Below are positions 21,298 through 30,883 of a stretch of DNA of 64,000 nucleotides, in pieces. The position numbers and the translations under genes are program-made. Under the pieces are notes generated by a model. The model saw only the letters and a program-made list of their open reading frames with translations. It did no database searches and had not been told where the DNA came from. Numbering within the stretch: the first letter of the stretch is position 1; each line of letters starts with the position of its first letter. This stretch comes from an uncultured Acidobacteriota bacterium (GTDB lineage: Bacteria; Actinomycetota; Acidimicrobiia; Spongiisociales; ZC4RG35). The DNA is taken from assembly GCA_963828465.1 (NCBI GenBank), contig CAWHEU010000029.1:1-64000 (forward strand), read 5' to 3'.

Positions 21298-22083
21298 TCA
21301 ACCCCATTGTCCCCGGTCCTCCAGCAACTCCTTGAGGACGTCGGGTCGGTCGGTGATGATCCCGTCGACTCCGAGATCGAGCAGCTCGGCCATCTCAGAT
21401 CGGTTGTTGACGGTCCAGACGTGCACCTGAAGACCGTGGGCGTGCGCCGACTCGATCAACTTTCGATCGATGACACGAAGCCCTCTGGAATGACGGGGAA
21501 GCTGAAGGGCCGACGCCTCGCCCACAACTCCCCGCCCGACTCTCGATGCCACGAGCCACGACCTAGCCAGGGTTGCACCCGTGGAGGTGGCGACCCGGCC
21601 GGCCGACGCCTCCCGGAACTCCTGGAGCCGCCGATCGGAGAAGGAGCCGACGATGAGTCGCTCGTGCAGCCCGAGGCGCTCGATCAAATCGTGCAGTGGT
21701 TTCACGAGGTTTTCCGTCTTCAGATCCACGACAAAGGAGACCTCCGGATAAGCGAGCACGGCCTCCTCGAGGGTGGGCACCCGGATCCCCCGGTCCCGGA
21801 AGGTTCGACCCTCGACCCCCACGTGGCGATAGCCGGCGTCAAGAGACGAAAGCTCGTCGAAACTGAGCTCTGTCACTGGACCTGAACCGTCAGTGGTGCG
21901 GTCCACCGTGGGGTCATGGAGACAGACCAGGACACCGTCACGCGTGACCCTCAAATCCGTCTCCAGATGGCGATAGCCGAGCCCGACAGCACCCGCGAAC
22001 GCCTCCATCGTGTTCTCTGGCCAGAGGAGGCGGCTGCCCCTATGGGCGATGGCAACTGGTGGGCGCCAGAAGTCGAGGCTCAT
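21298..22083 (-). CDS. Glycerophosphodiester phosphodiesterase
   Basis: IAHRG..PENT, ETDLR.T.DG..V..HD, HVWTVN, GVDGIITDRP. Confidence 0.92.
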   Translation of the reverse strand: MSLDFWRPPVAIAHRGSRLLWPENTMEAFAGAVGLGYRHLETDLRVTRDGVLVCLHDPTVDRTTDGSGPVTELSFDELSSLDAGYRHVGVEGRTFRDRGIRVPTLEEAVLAYPEVSFVVDLKTENLVKPLHDLIERLGLHERLIVGSFSDRRLQEFREASAGRVATSTGATLARSWLVASRVGRGVVGEASALQLPRHSRGLRVIDRKLIESAHAHGLQVHVWTVNNRSEMAELLDLGVDGIITDRPDVLKELLEDRGQWG

Positions 22084-22095
22084 ACTGAGCAAAGT

Positions 22096-22125
22096 AATGG
22101 GCCCCGTCTGATGACGGGGCCCATT
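22096..22125 (-). terminator. Terminator after hup
   Basis: aatgggccccgtc-tgat-gacggggcccatt inverted repeat. Confidence 0.8.
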
Positions 22126-22144
22126 GAATCCCGGTTGTGGGCGC

Positions 22145-22438
22145 TTACTCGGCGACTCGGTCCTTCAGGCCCTTCGAGGCGGAGAAGTGGGCATACCTCT
22201 TCGCTGCGATCGTGATGGTCTCCCCGGTGGCCGGGTTTCTGCCCTGACGTGCAGAGCGATGCTTGGTGGCAAAATTGCCGAACCCGGTGATGTTCACTTT
22301 GCGGCCCGCATCGAGTTCCACGGCGATGATTCCCTCGCCCGCCTTCGTGGAAAAGATGTGGTCGATGATCTCCGAGGCCTTGCCTTTGGAGATATCCGCC
22401 CTGTCGGCGAGTTTGTCCGCCATCTCGGATTTGTTCAC
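22145..22438 (-). CDS. hup: HU DNA-binding protein
   Basis: VNKSEM, ITGFGNF, ARQGRNPATGETITI, SKGLKD; RBS AAGGAGG. Confidence 0.94.
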   Translation of the reverse strand: MNKSEMADKLADRADISKGKASEIIDHIFSTKAGEGIIAVELDAGRKVNITGFGNFATKHRSARQGRNPATGETITIAAKRYAHFSASKGLKDRVAE

Positions 22439-22559
22439 GGCCCCTCCTTGTGGGTCGACGATCGGCACCGTGTATCTGGTGACGTTCGAGTAACCATAGG
22501 CGAAAAACCCAGCATTGCTTGGCTTTCCGGCCCATTAGCCTTCTTCGCGCAGGAGGAGA

Positions 22560-23336
22560 ATGAGCGTCGACTACGTCCTCGAGGATGATCTGGCCATCGT
22601 CACCCTCAATCGGCCCGACCGATACAACGCCATCGAGGCCACCCTCAGCGACGGTCTGATCGAGGCAGCAAAGCGGGCCGGAGAAGAGGCACGGGCTCTC
22701 GTCCTCACCGGGGCGGGCAAGGCGTTCTGCTCCGGCGCAGACCTGAACGATCTGATGGCGGACTATGAGAGCGGCGAGGGCCCGGACTTGGCGCGTTTGC
22801 TCGATGATGTGTTCCATCCCGCGCTCCACGCCCTTCTCGAATGCAAGGTGCCGGTCGTCGGGGCGATCAACGGCGTGGCGGCCGGGGCAGGTCTTGGCCT
22901 GGCCCTCGCCTGCGATATTCGGGTGATGGCAGAGGACGCATTTCTCACCTCGGCCTTCACGGCCATCGGGCTGGTTCCGGACTCGGGCACGACCTGGTGG
23001 CTCTCGCACCACCTCGGGGTCTCCCGCGCCTTGGAGATCGCATTCACCAATCGACGGGTCGGGGCGGAAGAGGTCCGTGAGCTGGGACTATGCATCGATG
23101 TGGTGCCCGGTGACCAGCTCCTCGGTCGAGCCCGTTCGGTGGCGGAGCAGATGGCGGACCTCGTCCCGGATTCACTGGTCACGACCAGGCGTCTGATTCG
23201 GGAAGCCTCGAGCATCTCGCTCGAAGACGCCATACGCGCCGAGCAGGCAGAACAGGGCCGCCTTGGCAAGACGCCAGAGCATCGCGAAGGCGTCATGGCG
23301 TTCATGGACAAGAGGAAGCCCGACTTCAGGGCTTGA
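22560..23336 (+). CDS. Enoyl-CoA hydratase/isomerase (PaaG-like)
   Basis: TLNRPD, AFCSGADL, INGVAAGAG, IGLVPDSG, EGVMAF.DKRKP. Confidence 0.9.
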   Translation: MSVDYVLEDDLAIVTLNRPDRYNAIEATLSDGLIEAAKRAGEEARALVLTGAGKAFCSGADLNDLMADYESGEGPDLARLLDDVFHPALHALLECKVPVVGAINGVAAGAGLGLALACDIRVMAEDAFLTSAFTAIGLVPDSGTTWWLSHHLGVSRALEIAFTNRRVGAEEVRELGLCIDVVPGDQLLGRARSVAEQMADLVPDSLVTTRRLIREASSISLEDAIRAEQAEQGRLGKTPEHREGVMAFMDKRKPDFRA

Positions 23337-23733
23337 CCAGAAACACCTCGACAGCCAGGTTCCCGGCCTCGCCCCTGCCGAACGCCACACCGATCTCGTT
23401 GTTCAGCCAGGCGAGGTCTTCGTTGCCGGTCTGGAAGGTCAACAACTCACGCGGCTCGGCCGATTGGTCCGGGTTGACGATGGAAACCCCGCTCCCCCGG
23501 TAGGCCACCGTTTCCCGCTTCTCGCCAACGGTGGCATGAATGTCGAGGTCCATGTTCCCATCGGAGCGAAGCGTCACATAGTCGATGCCACTAACCGGCC
23601 GCTCACCTTCCCAGTGAGGTCCCGTGGCTGTGCCCTCGAACGGAAAGTCGATGCGCATCCCGGCTGGAGTGTTGCCGACGATTTTCCTCCCCATCTCGGC
23701 CTTGATCGTGCAAAACAACTCCAATGAAGGCAT
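23326..23733 (-). CDS. DUF3237-like beta-barrel protein
   Basis: VGNTPAGMR, GIDY..LRSDG, FQTG.EDLAWLN. Confidence 0.75.
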   Translation of the reverse strand: MPSLELFCTIKAEMGRKIVGNTPAGMRIDFPFEGTATGPHWEGERPVSGIDYVTLRSDGNMDLDIHATVGEKRETVAYRGSGVSIVNPDQSAEPRELLTFQTGNEDLAWLNNEIGVAFGRGEAGNLAVEVFLVKP

Positions 23734-23765
23734 TTGGTCGGGCTCCTGGGTCGGGACTCTGAACG

Positions 23766-24401
23766 CTAGTTGCGGGAGCGTCGGAGTAGCTCGACGACCT
23801 CGGCATCCGGAGTCGGGCTGAAGTCCCGGTACCAGGCCCCGACAGCCATGAACCTTCTTGGATGCTCGATCACGATCACCCGATCGGCTACCCCCTCCAT
23901 CACTGGGACCGAATCGGCTGGCGCGACCGGGACCGCCAGCCAGACGCCGAGCGCATCACGGGCGCGCAACACCTTCATCGCGGCAAGCGCGGTCGACCCT
24001 GTTGCGAGACCGTCGTCGACCACGATCACCGTGCGACCGGCCGGGTCGATGGCCGGGACCGCCTCCCGGTATCGAGCCAGCCTCGACTCCAACTCGGACT
24101 TCTCCGATTCGGCCCGAGCGTCGAAGGTCTTGTCGTCAATCCCCACTCTGTCGATGATCTCGTCGTTCCTGATGACGACGTCGCCTTCGGCGACTGCTCC
24201 CATGGCGAGCTCTGGATGAAACGGCACCCCCACCTTTCGAACGACCAGCACATCGAGCTCGCAGCCCAGCGTCTCGGCGACCTCGAATCCGACCGGGACG
24301 CCTCCACGGGGGAGGGCGGTGACCAGCGGTTCCGATGGGTGGTGAGCGGCAACCGCCCGACCGAGGCTCACCCCCGCCTCGCGGCGGTCGGCGAACCTCA
24401 T
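23766..24401 (-). CDS. Phosphoribosyltransferase family protein
   Basis: FADRREAG, ALPRGGVPV, VIVVDDGLATGST. Confidence 0.9.
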   Translation of the reverse strand: MRFADRREAGVSLGRAVAAHHPSEPLVTALPRGGVPVGFEVAETLGCELDVLVVRKVGVPFHPELAMGAVAEGDVVIRNDEIIDRVGIDDKTFDARAESEKSELESRLARYREAVPAIDPAGRTVIVVDDGLATGSTALAAMKVLRARDALGVWLAVPVAPADSVPVMEGVADRVIVIEHPRRFMAVGAWYRDFSPTPDAEVVELLRRSRN

Positions 24402-24405
24402 CGGC

Positions 24406-25392
24406 TCAGCCGTAGTAGTCCACGTAACGGTGTAACCAGGGCATGACCTGGGCCAGGTACTCCTCGGCCTCCCCCATTGGCAGGGTCCTCGCCGCGTAAT
24501 TCATGAGCATTATCTGGCGGGCGGCATGGAAGCCGTCCAGTTGCTCCATGTCCTCGATGGGCCAGGGTGCGATCTCCTCGTATCCCTGACGGTAGGCCGA
24601 CCTGATCTCCTCCCGTCGCTCGCTGGCCCGTGACGAGTAGAGACACACCGAGACATCCTGGCCCGGCGTCGCCACCATGACGTCCTCGAAGTCGAAAGCG
24701 TGGAGCCGGGACCGGATCAGATGGACGTTCCACTCGTGGAGATCTCCGTGGACGACGTGGGGGAATCCGGTCGCCCAAGCGTCCTTGATGATCCGCTCTG
24801 ACAGCTCCCCTGCCTTGCTGATCGTCTGGCGGCGATGAGTGTCGAAGAGATGGTCGAACCTCGGGCTCTGGATGATCACGGGATCGAGTTCGGCGTCGTA
24901 ATAGAAGATCCGGTCCCAGCGTCTCATCCCGTCCGGGTTGGGAACCGGCCAGGTTCGCCCGTGCTCTTGGAGCGAGGCGCTGATCCTGCCCAGAAGGCGA
25001 TATCCAAAGCTCCCGGCCCCATCGGCAAGCGGGGCACCGGGAATCCAACTGAAGAGCACACATGGTCTCGTCTTGTCCGAGCCGGGCTCCGCGGCATCGA
25101 CGATCATTGTCCCGTACCCGGTCTTGATCGGGGTGACGATTTCCAGGTCCGTGTCCCGGTTCAACGCGGACAACCAGGCAACCTCGTAGTCGATGTTGGC
25201 CCGGGAGTTGGCGCCCGGGCTCCCCACACGCAGAACGCACTGGAAACCGTCGGATGTGATCACGCGGTACATCACATTGGAATGTGTGGCCAGGTGTTCT
25301 ACTTCCCTGACCCGGAAGGGGTACTGCTCGAGCACCTCTTGGGCGAGCGGCAGCAACCGCGCCGCCTCGTGACCGATTCGATGAAGATCCAT
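24406..25392 (-). CDS. Aminoglycoside/homoserine-kinase type II family phosphotransferase
   Basis: HGDLHEWNV and DFED kinase motifs; ATG at 25392. Confidence 0.85.
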   Translation of the reverse strand: MDLHRIGHEAARLLPLAQEVLEQYPFRVREVEHLATHSNVMYRVITSDGFQCVLRVGSPGANSRANIDYEVAWLSALNRDTDLEIVTPIKTGYGTMIVDAAEPGSDKTRPCVLFSWIPGAPLADGAGSFGYRLLGRISASLQEHGRTWPVPNPDGMRRWDRIFYYDAELDPVIIQSPRFDHLFDTHRRQTISKAGELSERIIKDAWATGFPHVVHGDLHEWNVHLIRSRLHAFDFEDVMVATPGQDVSVCLYSSRASERREEIRSAYRQGYEEIAPWPIEDMEQLDGFHAARQIMLMNYAARTLPMGEAEEYLAQVMPWLHRYVDYYG

Positions 25393-25486
25393 CCCGCCCG
25401 GAGCCCTCCGTCTCCCATGGGGGACCCACTGCCCTCCCCGGGGACATTTTCTCCGATCGGGCAGCCGACACCAGTAGTCGTTCGGC

Positions 25487-26593
25487 CTATTTAGGCCGCT
25501 CCGCTCCGATCGCGCTGAGGATGCTGTCCAATGCATCGACAAACCGTCTGTTCTCGTGATCGGCCCCGATGGTCACTCTCAGCCACTCACCACTCATCGG
25601 GCGGACGATCACGCCGTGCTTGGTGAAGAGCTCGGCCGCCTCCTCGGCCGGGATCCCCAATGCGAAATAGACGAAATTCGCCTCGCTCCTCGTGTGTAGG
25701 AGCGATCTCTCGGCCAGGACGCCGAGCAGCTGATGACGTGCCGCCGAATTCGCCGTGGCCCTCCGCTCCAGCTCGCCCGGTTCCCGAAGCGAAGCGGCTG
25801 CTGCCACCTGGGCCACCTGAGCGACGGTGAACGGGGGCTGTGCCTTGCGCAATTCCTTGATGGTTTCGGGCTGACCGACCGCGTAACCGACCCGATGTGC
25901 GGCGAGGGCGAATACTTTGGAGAAGGTCCGGAGCACCAGGACATTCGGACGGCGCAAGGCCTCGGGGATCGCGGTCGCGTACCTCGCGTCAGTCACGAAG
26001 TCGTGATAGGCCTCGTCTATCACGACCAGGGTCGATTCCGGCACCGAATCGAGAAACGAGGACATCGCATCTGACGTGACGATTGTCCCGGTCGGGTTGT
26101 TGGGGTTGCAAAGGTAAACGATCGTCGTGTCGTCACGCATTGCGTCGGTCATGGCATCGAGGTCGTGTACGTGCTCGTGGTCGAGCGGCACCTCGATCAT
26201 CTCGGTCATCGCCCACCGGGAGGCGATGCGATACATCACGAACGATGGCCAGGCGTAGACGGCACTCGTACCGGGGCCACCGGTGGCGGCCGCGATGTGA
26301 GTGATCAAGCCCACGCTCCCATTCCCGAACCAGAGATGATCGCCAGGGACCTCGAGGTAGGCCGACAGCGCCACAGTCAGCTCGCGCAGATCGTCGTCGG
26401 GGTAGCGATTCGACTCGGCCAGGGCCTTGGCGGCGGCCTCGACAACGCCGGGGAAGGGGCCGTCCGGGCTCTCGTTCGAGGCCAGCTTGACGATCTCGTC
26501 CGGGGTCATGCCGATCTCGGAGGCGACCTCCTCGATCGATCGGCCGGGAACGTACGGGCTGATGGCGGCGACGTCCGGCCGGATCCTTGGCAT
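25487..26593 (-). CDS. hisC: Histidinol-phosphate aminotransferase family (HisC/Pat)
   Basis: KLASNE, NRYPD, CNPNNPTG, DEAY, RTFSK. Confidence 0.88.
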   Translation of the reverse strand: MPRIRPDVAAISPYVPGRSIEEVASEIGMTPDEIVKLASNESPDGPFPGVVEAAAKALAESNRYPDDDLRELTVALSAYLEVPGDHLWFGNGSVGLITHIAAATGGPGTSAVYAWPSFVMYRIASRWAMTEMIEVPLDHEHVHDLDAMTDAMRDDTTIVYLCNPNNPTGTIVTSDAMSSFLDSVPESTLVVIDEAYHDFVTDARYATAIPEALRRPNVLVLRTFSKVFALAAHRVGYAVGQPETIKELRKAQPPFTVAQVAQVAAAASLREPGELERRATANSAARHQLLGVLAERSLLHTRSEANFVYFALGIPAEEAAELFTKHGVIVRPMSGEWLRVTIGADHENRRFVDALDSILSAIGAERPK

Positions 26594-26660
26594 GAGGCAA
26601 AGGTAATGGGTGGTGAGTGGCGGGTGGTGGGCTCCGGCCCGAAAGTATGGTGGGTCAGAA

Positions 26661-28736
26661 TTGGAGACGACACTTCAGGTAATCGACCCGCAGGGCCGAT
26701 TGGTCGGCGAGGACCCCGGGCTCGACGCCGAGCTCTATCAGCGGATGTATCGCAACATGGTCCTTTCCCGTGAGCTTGACCGGCGCATGCTCGCCCTGCA
26801 GCGCCAGGGCCGGATCGGGACCTACGCCATGCTTGAGGGGCAAGAAGCCGTCCAGATCGGATCGGCACTGGCGCTCGATCCCGACGACTTCGTGTTCCCC
26901 TCATATCGGGAGCACGGCGTCCAGGTCACACGCGGGCTCCCCATCGAGGTGCTCCTCGCTTACTGGAAAGGCTTGCCCAATGGCCGCTGGGACATGGAGA
27001 AGTACCGCACGGCCATCGTCTCCGTCCCAATCGCCAGTCAGCTACCTCATGCCGTCGGGTACTCATACGTCACCAAGCTGAGGGGCGAGAACACCGTCAC
27101 CGCCGTCTATTTCGGGGACGGAGCGACCTCGGAAGTCGATTTCCACTCGGGCATGAACTTCGCCGGGGTCTGGAAGACGCCGACCGTGTTCATCTGCGCC
27201 AACAACCTCTATGCGATCTCGGTGCCCTACGAGAAGCAGACCGCCGCCAAGACCATCGCTCAGAAGGCCGATGCGTATGGCTTCGAGGGGGTCCGGGTGG
27301 ACGGGATGGACGCCGTTGCCATGTTCCTGGCGACGCAGCAAGCCGTTGCCCGTGCCCGCAACGGAGATGGTCCGACCCTGATCGAGGCGATGACATATCG
27401 CTACGGCCCCCACGCCACCGCCGACGATCCCACTCTCTACCGCTCCCGGGAGGAGGAGGAGTCGTGGCGTCAGCGCGATCCGATCGAAAGAGTGCGCCGG
27501 TTTCTCGAGCAACGCGGCGAATGGGACGACGCCGTGGAGGAAAAGGTGACGATGGAGACCTCCGACCAGGTCGCCGCCGCGATCACCGAAATCGAAGCGC
27601 AGCCATTACCGGAGCGGGACGACGCCATACGACACGGCTTTCACCGGATTCCGGCCCATGTCGTGGAGCAACTCCACGACATGCAACGGTCCCACAGCGA
27701 ACCACCGACTCATATCGACCCGGACGAGATTTGGTCCATTGGCCAGGACGCCATCCCCGGAGGGCCGTCCCGGTCGATGACGATGGCGGAGGCGATCAAC
27801 GCCGCGCTCCACGAATCGATGGAACGGGACCCGGGCGTCATCGTGCTCGGTGAGGATGTCGGCCTGACCGGAGGGGTCTTCAGGGTGACCGAAGGCCTCC
27901 AACAGAGTTTTGGGGAGGACCGGGTCATCGACACACCGCTCAACGAGTCGGGCATCGTGGGGTCTGCCGTGGGAATGGCTCTGGCAGGTGCCAGGCCGGT
28001 TGCCGAGATCCAGTTCGACGGCTTCGTGTATCCGGCTTTCGACCAGATAGTCAGTCATCTGGGGAGATACCGATTCCGCACGCGTGGCAATTCCGAGGTC
28101 CCGGTCGTCGTGCGCTTCCCCAACGGAGCCGGCATCGGCGCCCACGAGCACCATTGTGATTCTCCTGAGGCGTATTTCGTCCACGCCCCGGGGCTCGTGG
28201 TCGTCTGCCCGTCCACCCCGATCGATGCCAAGGGCCTGCTTGCTTCCGCTCTCGTCGGTCATGATCCGGTGATCTTCCTCGAGCCCAAGGTGCTGTATCG
28301 GGCTGGTCGAGAGGATGTTCCGGTCGAGCACTACACCCTCCCCATTGGCCGGGCGCGGGTCAGGAGGGAGGGTGCCGACCTCACCCTTGTCACATACGGG
28401 GGGATGGTCCCCGTTGCCCTCGAAGCCGCCAACAGGGTCGAAACGTCGGTCGAGGTCATCGATCTCCGGACCCTCTTTCCCTGGGACCGGGAGACCGTGC
28501 TCGACTCGGTGAAGAAGACGGGCCGGCTCCTCCTCGTGCAGGAGCCACAGGGATCGGCGGGTGTGGCCGCCGAGGTCGCAGCAGTGGTCGCCGAAAGGGC
28601 GCTGTACGACCTCCAGGGCCCAGTCGTACGTGTTACCGGCTTCGATGTCCCCTGGCCCCAGTTCGCTATCGAGACCCATGCTCTGATCGATGTGGACCGG
28701 GTGGTTTCGGGCATAGACGAGGCGATGGCCGGGTGA
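26661..28736 (+). CDS. 2-oxoacid dehydrogenase E1 alpha-beta fusion (TTG start approximate)
   Basis: LQRQGRIG, GDGA...NN TPP motif, YRYGPH; then GEDVG..GGVFR, DTPL.E, EIQF, EVIDLRTL. Confidence 0.92.
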   Translation: METTLQVIDPQGRLVGEDPGLDAELYQRMYRNMVLSRELDRRMLALQRQGRIGTYAMLEGQEAVQIGSALALDPDDFVFPSYREHGVQVTRGLPIEVLLAYWKGLPNGRWDMEKYRTAIVSVPIASQLPHAVGYSYVTKLRGENTVTAVYFGDGATSEVDFHSGMNFAGVWKTPTVFICANNLYAISVPYEKQTAAKTIAQKADAYGFEGVRVDGMDAVAMFLATQQAVARARNGDGPTLIEAMTYRYGPHATADDPTLYRSREEEESWRQRDPIERVRRFLEQRGEWDDAVEEKVTMETSDQVAAAITEIEAQPLPERDDAIRHGFHRIPAHVVEQLHDMQRSHSEPPTHIDPDEIWSIGQDAIPGGPSRSMTMAEAINAALHESMERDPGVIVLGEDVGLTGGVFRVTEGLQQSFGEDRVIDTPLNESGIVGSAVGMALAGARPVAEIQFDGFVYPAFDQIVSHLGRYRFRTRGNSEVPVVVRFPNGAGIGAHEHHCDSPEAYFVHAPGLVVVCPSTPIDAKGLLASALVGHDPVIFLEPKVLYRAGREDVPVEHYTLPIGRARVRREGADLTLVTYGGMVPVALEAANRVETSVEVIDLRTLFPWDRETVLDSVKKTGRLLLVQEPQGSAGVAAEVAAVVAERALYDLQGPVVRVTGFDVPWPQFAIETHALIDVDRVVSGIDEAMAG

Positions 28737-29278
28737 CCGCCGCCGAAGCTGTCGCTGTCTTCGGGTCGTCTCAGACCGAACCGGGGTCGCTCGAGTGGGA
28801 GGAAGCTCGTCGGGCTGGCACCCGTCTCGGCGAGGCGGGATACGCCGTGATCACCGGCGGCTACGGCGGGACGATGGAAGCAGTGTCGAGCGGGGCGGCC
28901 GCCGCCGGAGGCCACGTGATCGGTGTCACCGCGCCGGTTCTCTTTCCTGACCGCTCGGCGGCCAACCCGTTCGTGCACGAGTTGATCGAGGCGTCCAGTC
29001 TGGCCAATCGGATCGACATCATGATGCAGCGATCCAGGGCGACCCTGGCGTTGCCCGGGTCCATCGGCACCGCCGCTGAGCTCCTCATCTCCTGGAACAC
29101 GAACCACATACTGCGCCGGACCGGTGCCGAGCAGAGGATCAGTGTGGCCGTCGGGCCAGGCTGGAAGGCGCTGGCCCGGGCCCTGGTCGACATGAATGGC
29201 GCCCTCGAGGACGATGTGGTCTGGACCGACAGTGTCGATGAGGGTGTCGAGCGGATCCTGACCCGGCTGTCTGACTAG
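28733..29278 (+). CDS. LOG family nucleotide-binding protein
   Basis: VAVFGSS, TGGYGGTMEA, LPGSIGT. Confidence 0.85.
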   Translation: MTAAEAVAVFGSSQTEPGSLEWEEARRAGTRLGEAGYAVITGGYGGTMEAVSSGAAAAGGHVIGVTAPVLFPDRSAANPFVHELIEASSLANRIDIMMQRSRATLALPGSIGTAAELLISWNTNHILRRTGAEQRISVAVGPGWKALARALVDMNGALEDDVVWTDSVDEGVERILTRLSD

Positions 29279-29345
29279 TCATATCGACCTTGCCTGGGGA
29301 GGTGTCTTGACTTTCAGATGCCGTGCGTGAGCCTGATGACCGCCG

Positions 29346-29546
29346 ATGACGCATCTCCGCCCCGCCGACGCCTCCGTACGCCGCAGGTCCTCGTGTCGAC
29401 GAGGCCTTCATCGTTATGGATCGCCGCGGCATGTGGGTGGTGGGATCCTGCGCCAGGTGTGTCTCTCCTGTGGATCCGTGACCATCGATCTCCGCGAACC
29501 GGTCTCCGTCGATAGCTCGGTGGCAACCAATCGCTTGGAGAGCTAG
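29346..29546 (+). CDS. Small basic Cys/His protein, possible Zn ribbon
   Basis: CRRGLHRY...RQVCLSCG; TTGACT/GAGCCT promoter-like pair upstream. Confidence 0.55.
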   Translation: MTHLRPADASVRRRSSCRRGLHRYGSPRHVGGGILRQVCLSCGSVTIDLREPVSVDSSVATNRLES

Positions 29547-29572
29547 GGGTACTCGGATCTAGAGTCCCCGCC

Positions 29573-30451
29573 GTGACACGACTCATTCGTGCGGCTGGGG
29601 GAGTCGTCTTCCGCAAGACGTCCAAAGGCAAGATCCGGGTCCTCGTCGTCCATCGTCCGCAGTACGACGACTGGACACCTCCCAAGGGCAAGGCCGAGGA
29701 AGGTGAAGCGCCGGAAGAGACGGCGATCCGCGAAGTGCTCGAAGAAACCGGCTACCGCTGCCGAATCGTGGCCACGCTCGGGGCGACCCGCTATCGAGTC
29801 CAAGGTGGCGTGAAAGAAGTGCATTGGTATGCCATGAGGCCCCTCCCTGACAGTCCTGGCTTCACGAAGAACTCCGAGGTCGACGGAGTGAAATGGCTAT
29901 CTCCCCGCAGGGCGCTGGACGAGCTCAGCTACGACCAGGATCGGGAGCTAATCGCGGGAACCGATCTGAAGAAGCTGGCGCAGACCGGGACCCTCTACCT
30001 GCTCCGCCACACCACCGCAGGCGATCGATCGAGGTGGAGAGGCAGAGACGAGGATCGCTCGCTCACCAAGAAAGGATGGCGTGAGGCAGACGCGATCGCC
30101 GAGACCTTGGCTGACGCCGGTATCGAGCGGATTCTCTCCAGCCCGTACGAGCGGTGTGTGCAGTCGGTCAAGCCAATGGCCAAACTGCTCAAGGCCCCGA
30201 TAGAGACATCGCCACTTCTGGCCGAGGAACCTGACATCGACGCCGCCTATGCCCTCGTCGACAGCGTGGTCGGCTACAACGCGGTCGTCTGCTCACACGG
30301 CGATTTGATCCCGGCTTTGATCAACCGGATGATGTGGGCCGGCCTCAGTCTCGAGTCCCGTTTCTATTGCTCCAAGGGATCGATCTGGGTCGTGGAGGTG
30401 GACGGTGGCAAGTTCACCACGGCCCGCTACATCCCACCACCCGAGGTCTGA
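29573..30451 (+). CDS. mutT1: NUDIX hydrolase + histidine phosphatase (MutT1-like)
   Basis: PKGK...AIREVLEETG Nudix box; LLRH, SSPYERC, CSHGD. Confidence 0.88.
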   Translation: MTRLIRAAGGVVFRKTSKGKIRVLVVHRPQYDDWTPPKGKAEEGEAPEETAIREVLEETGYRCRIVATLGATRYRVQGGVKEVHWYAMRPLPDSPGFTKNSEVDGVKWLSPRRALDELSYDQDRELIAGTDLKKLAQTGTLYLLRHTTAGDRSRWRGRDEDRSLTKKGWREADAIAETLADAGIERILSSPYERCVQSVKPMAKLLKAPIETSPLLAEEPDIDAAYALVDSVVGYNAVVCSHGDLIPALINRMMWAGLSLESRFYCSKGSIWVVEVDGGKFTTARYIPPPEV

Positions 30452-30485
30452 CGCCGGGTCGGTCAACCGTTGGATAGACCGCCAA

Positions 30486-30860
30486 CTACACCGTGTCGAC
30501 GAGGGCCTTGAGCAGGTCCCGGATCGAGACCACACCAAGCAAAGACCCGTCGTCATCCATCACCGGCAGGTGGCGATAACCCGACTCGGCTATCCACGCC
30601 GCGGCATCCCAGACGTCGAGATCGGGGTCAAAGGTGTCAGGCTCGCCGCTCATGATCGATGAGACCGTGGTACCGGGGTCGATGCCCTCGGCGACCGTGC
30701 GTCTGATGTCGCGCTCGGTGATCAGCCCCACCAGCTCCCGTCCCTCGACCACCGCCAGAGAGCCGATGTCGGATCCCTCCATCGCAACCGCGGCCTCGAG
30801 CAGGGTCGTGTCCGGACCACAAACATGAGGAGCATTGCTGACGAGATCACCCAGACGCAT
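30486..30860 (-). CDS. CBS domain pair protein
   Basis: LVGLITERDI, RHLPV, GVVSIRDL. Confidence 0.9.
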   Translation of the reverse strand: MRLGDLVSNAPHVCGPDTTLLEAAVAMEGSDIGSLAVVEGRELVGLITERDIRRTVAEGIDPGTTVSSIMSGEPDTFDPDLDVWDAAAWIAESGYRHLPVMDDDGSLLGVVSIRDLLKALVDTV

Positions 30861-30883
30861 CGGGTGTCACGTTAGGTGACGTC

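Noticed and set aside
29307-29345. SD + TTG start giving CRA-TGA (CxxU) in frame with the small Cys protein
   Set aside because: Would need three TGA read-throughs within four codons; the sequence is better read as a -35/-10 promoter.
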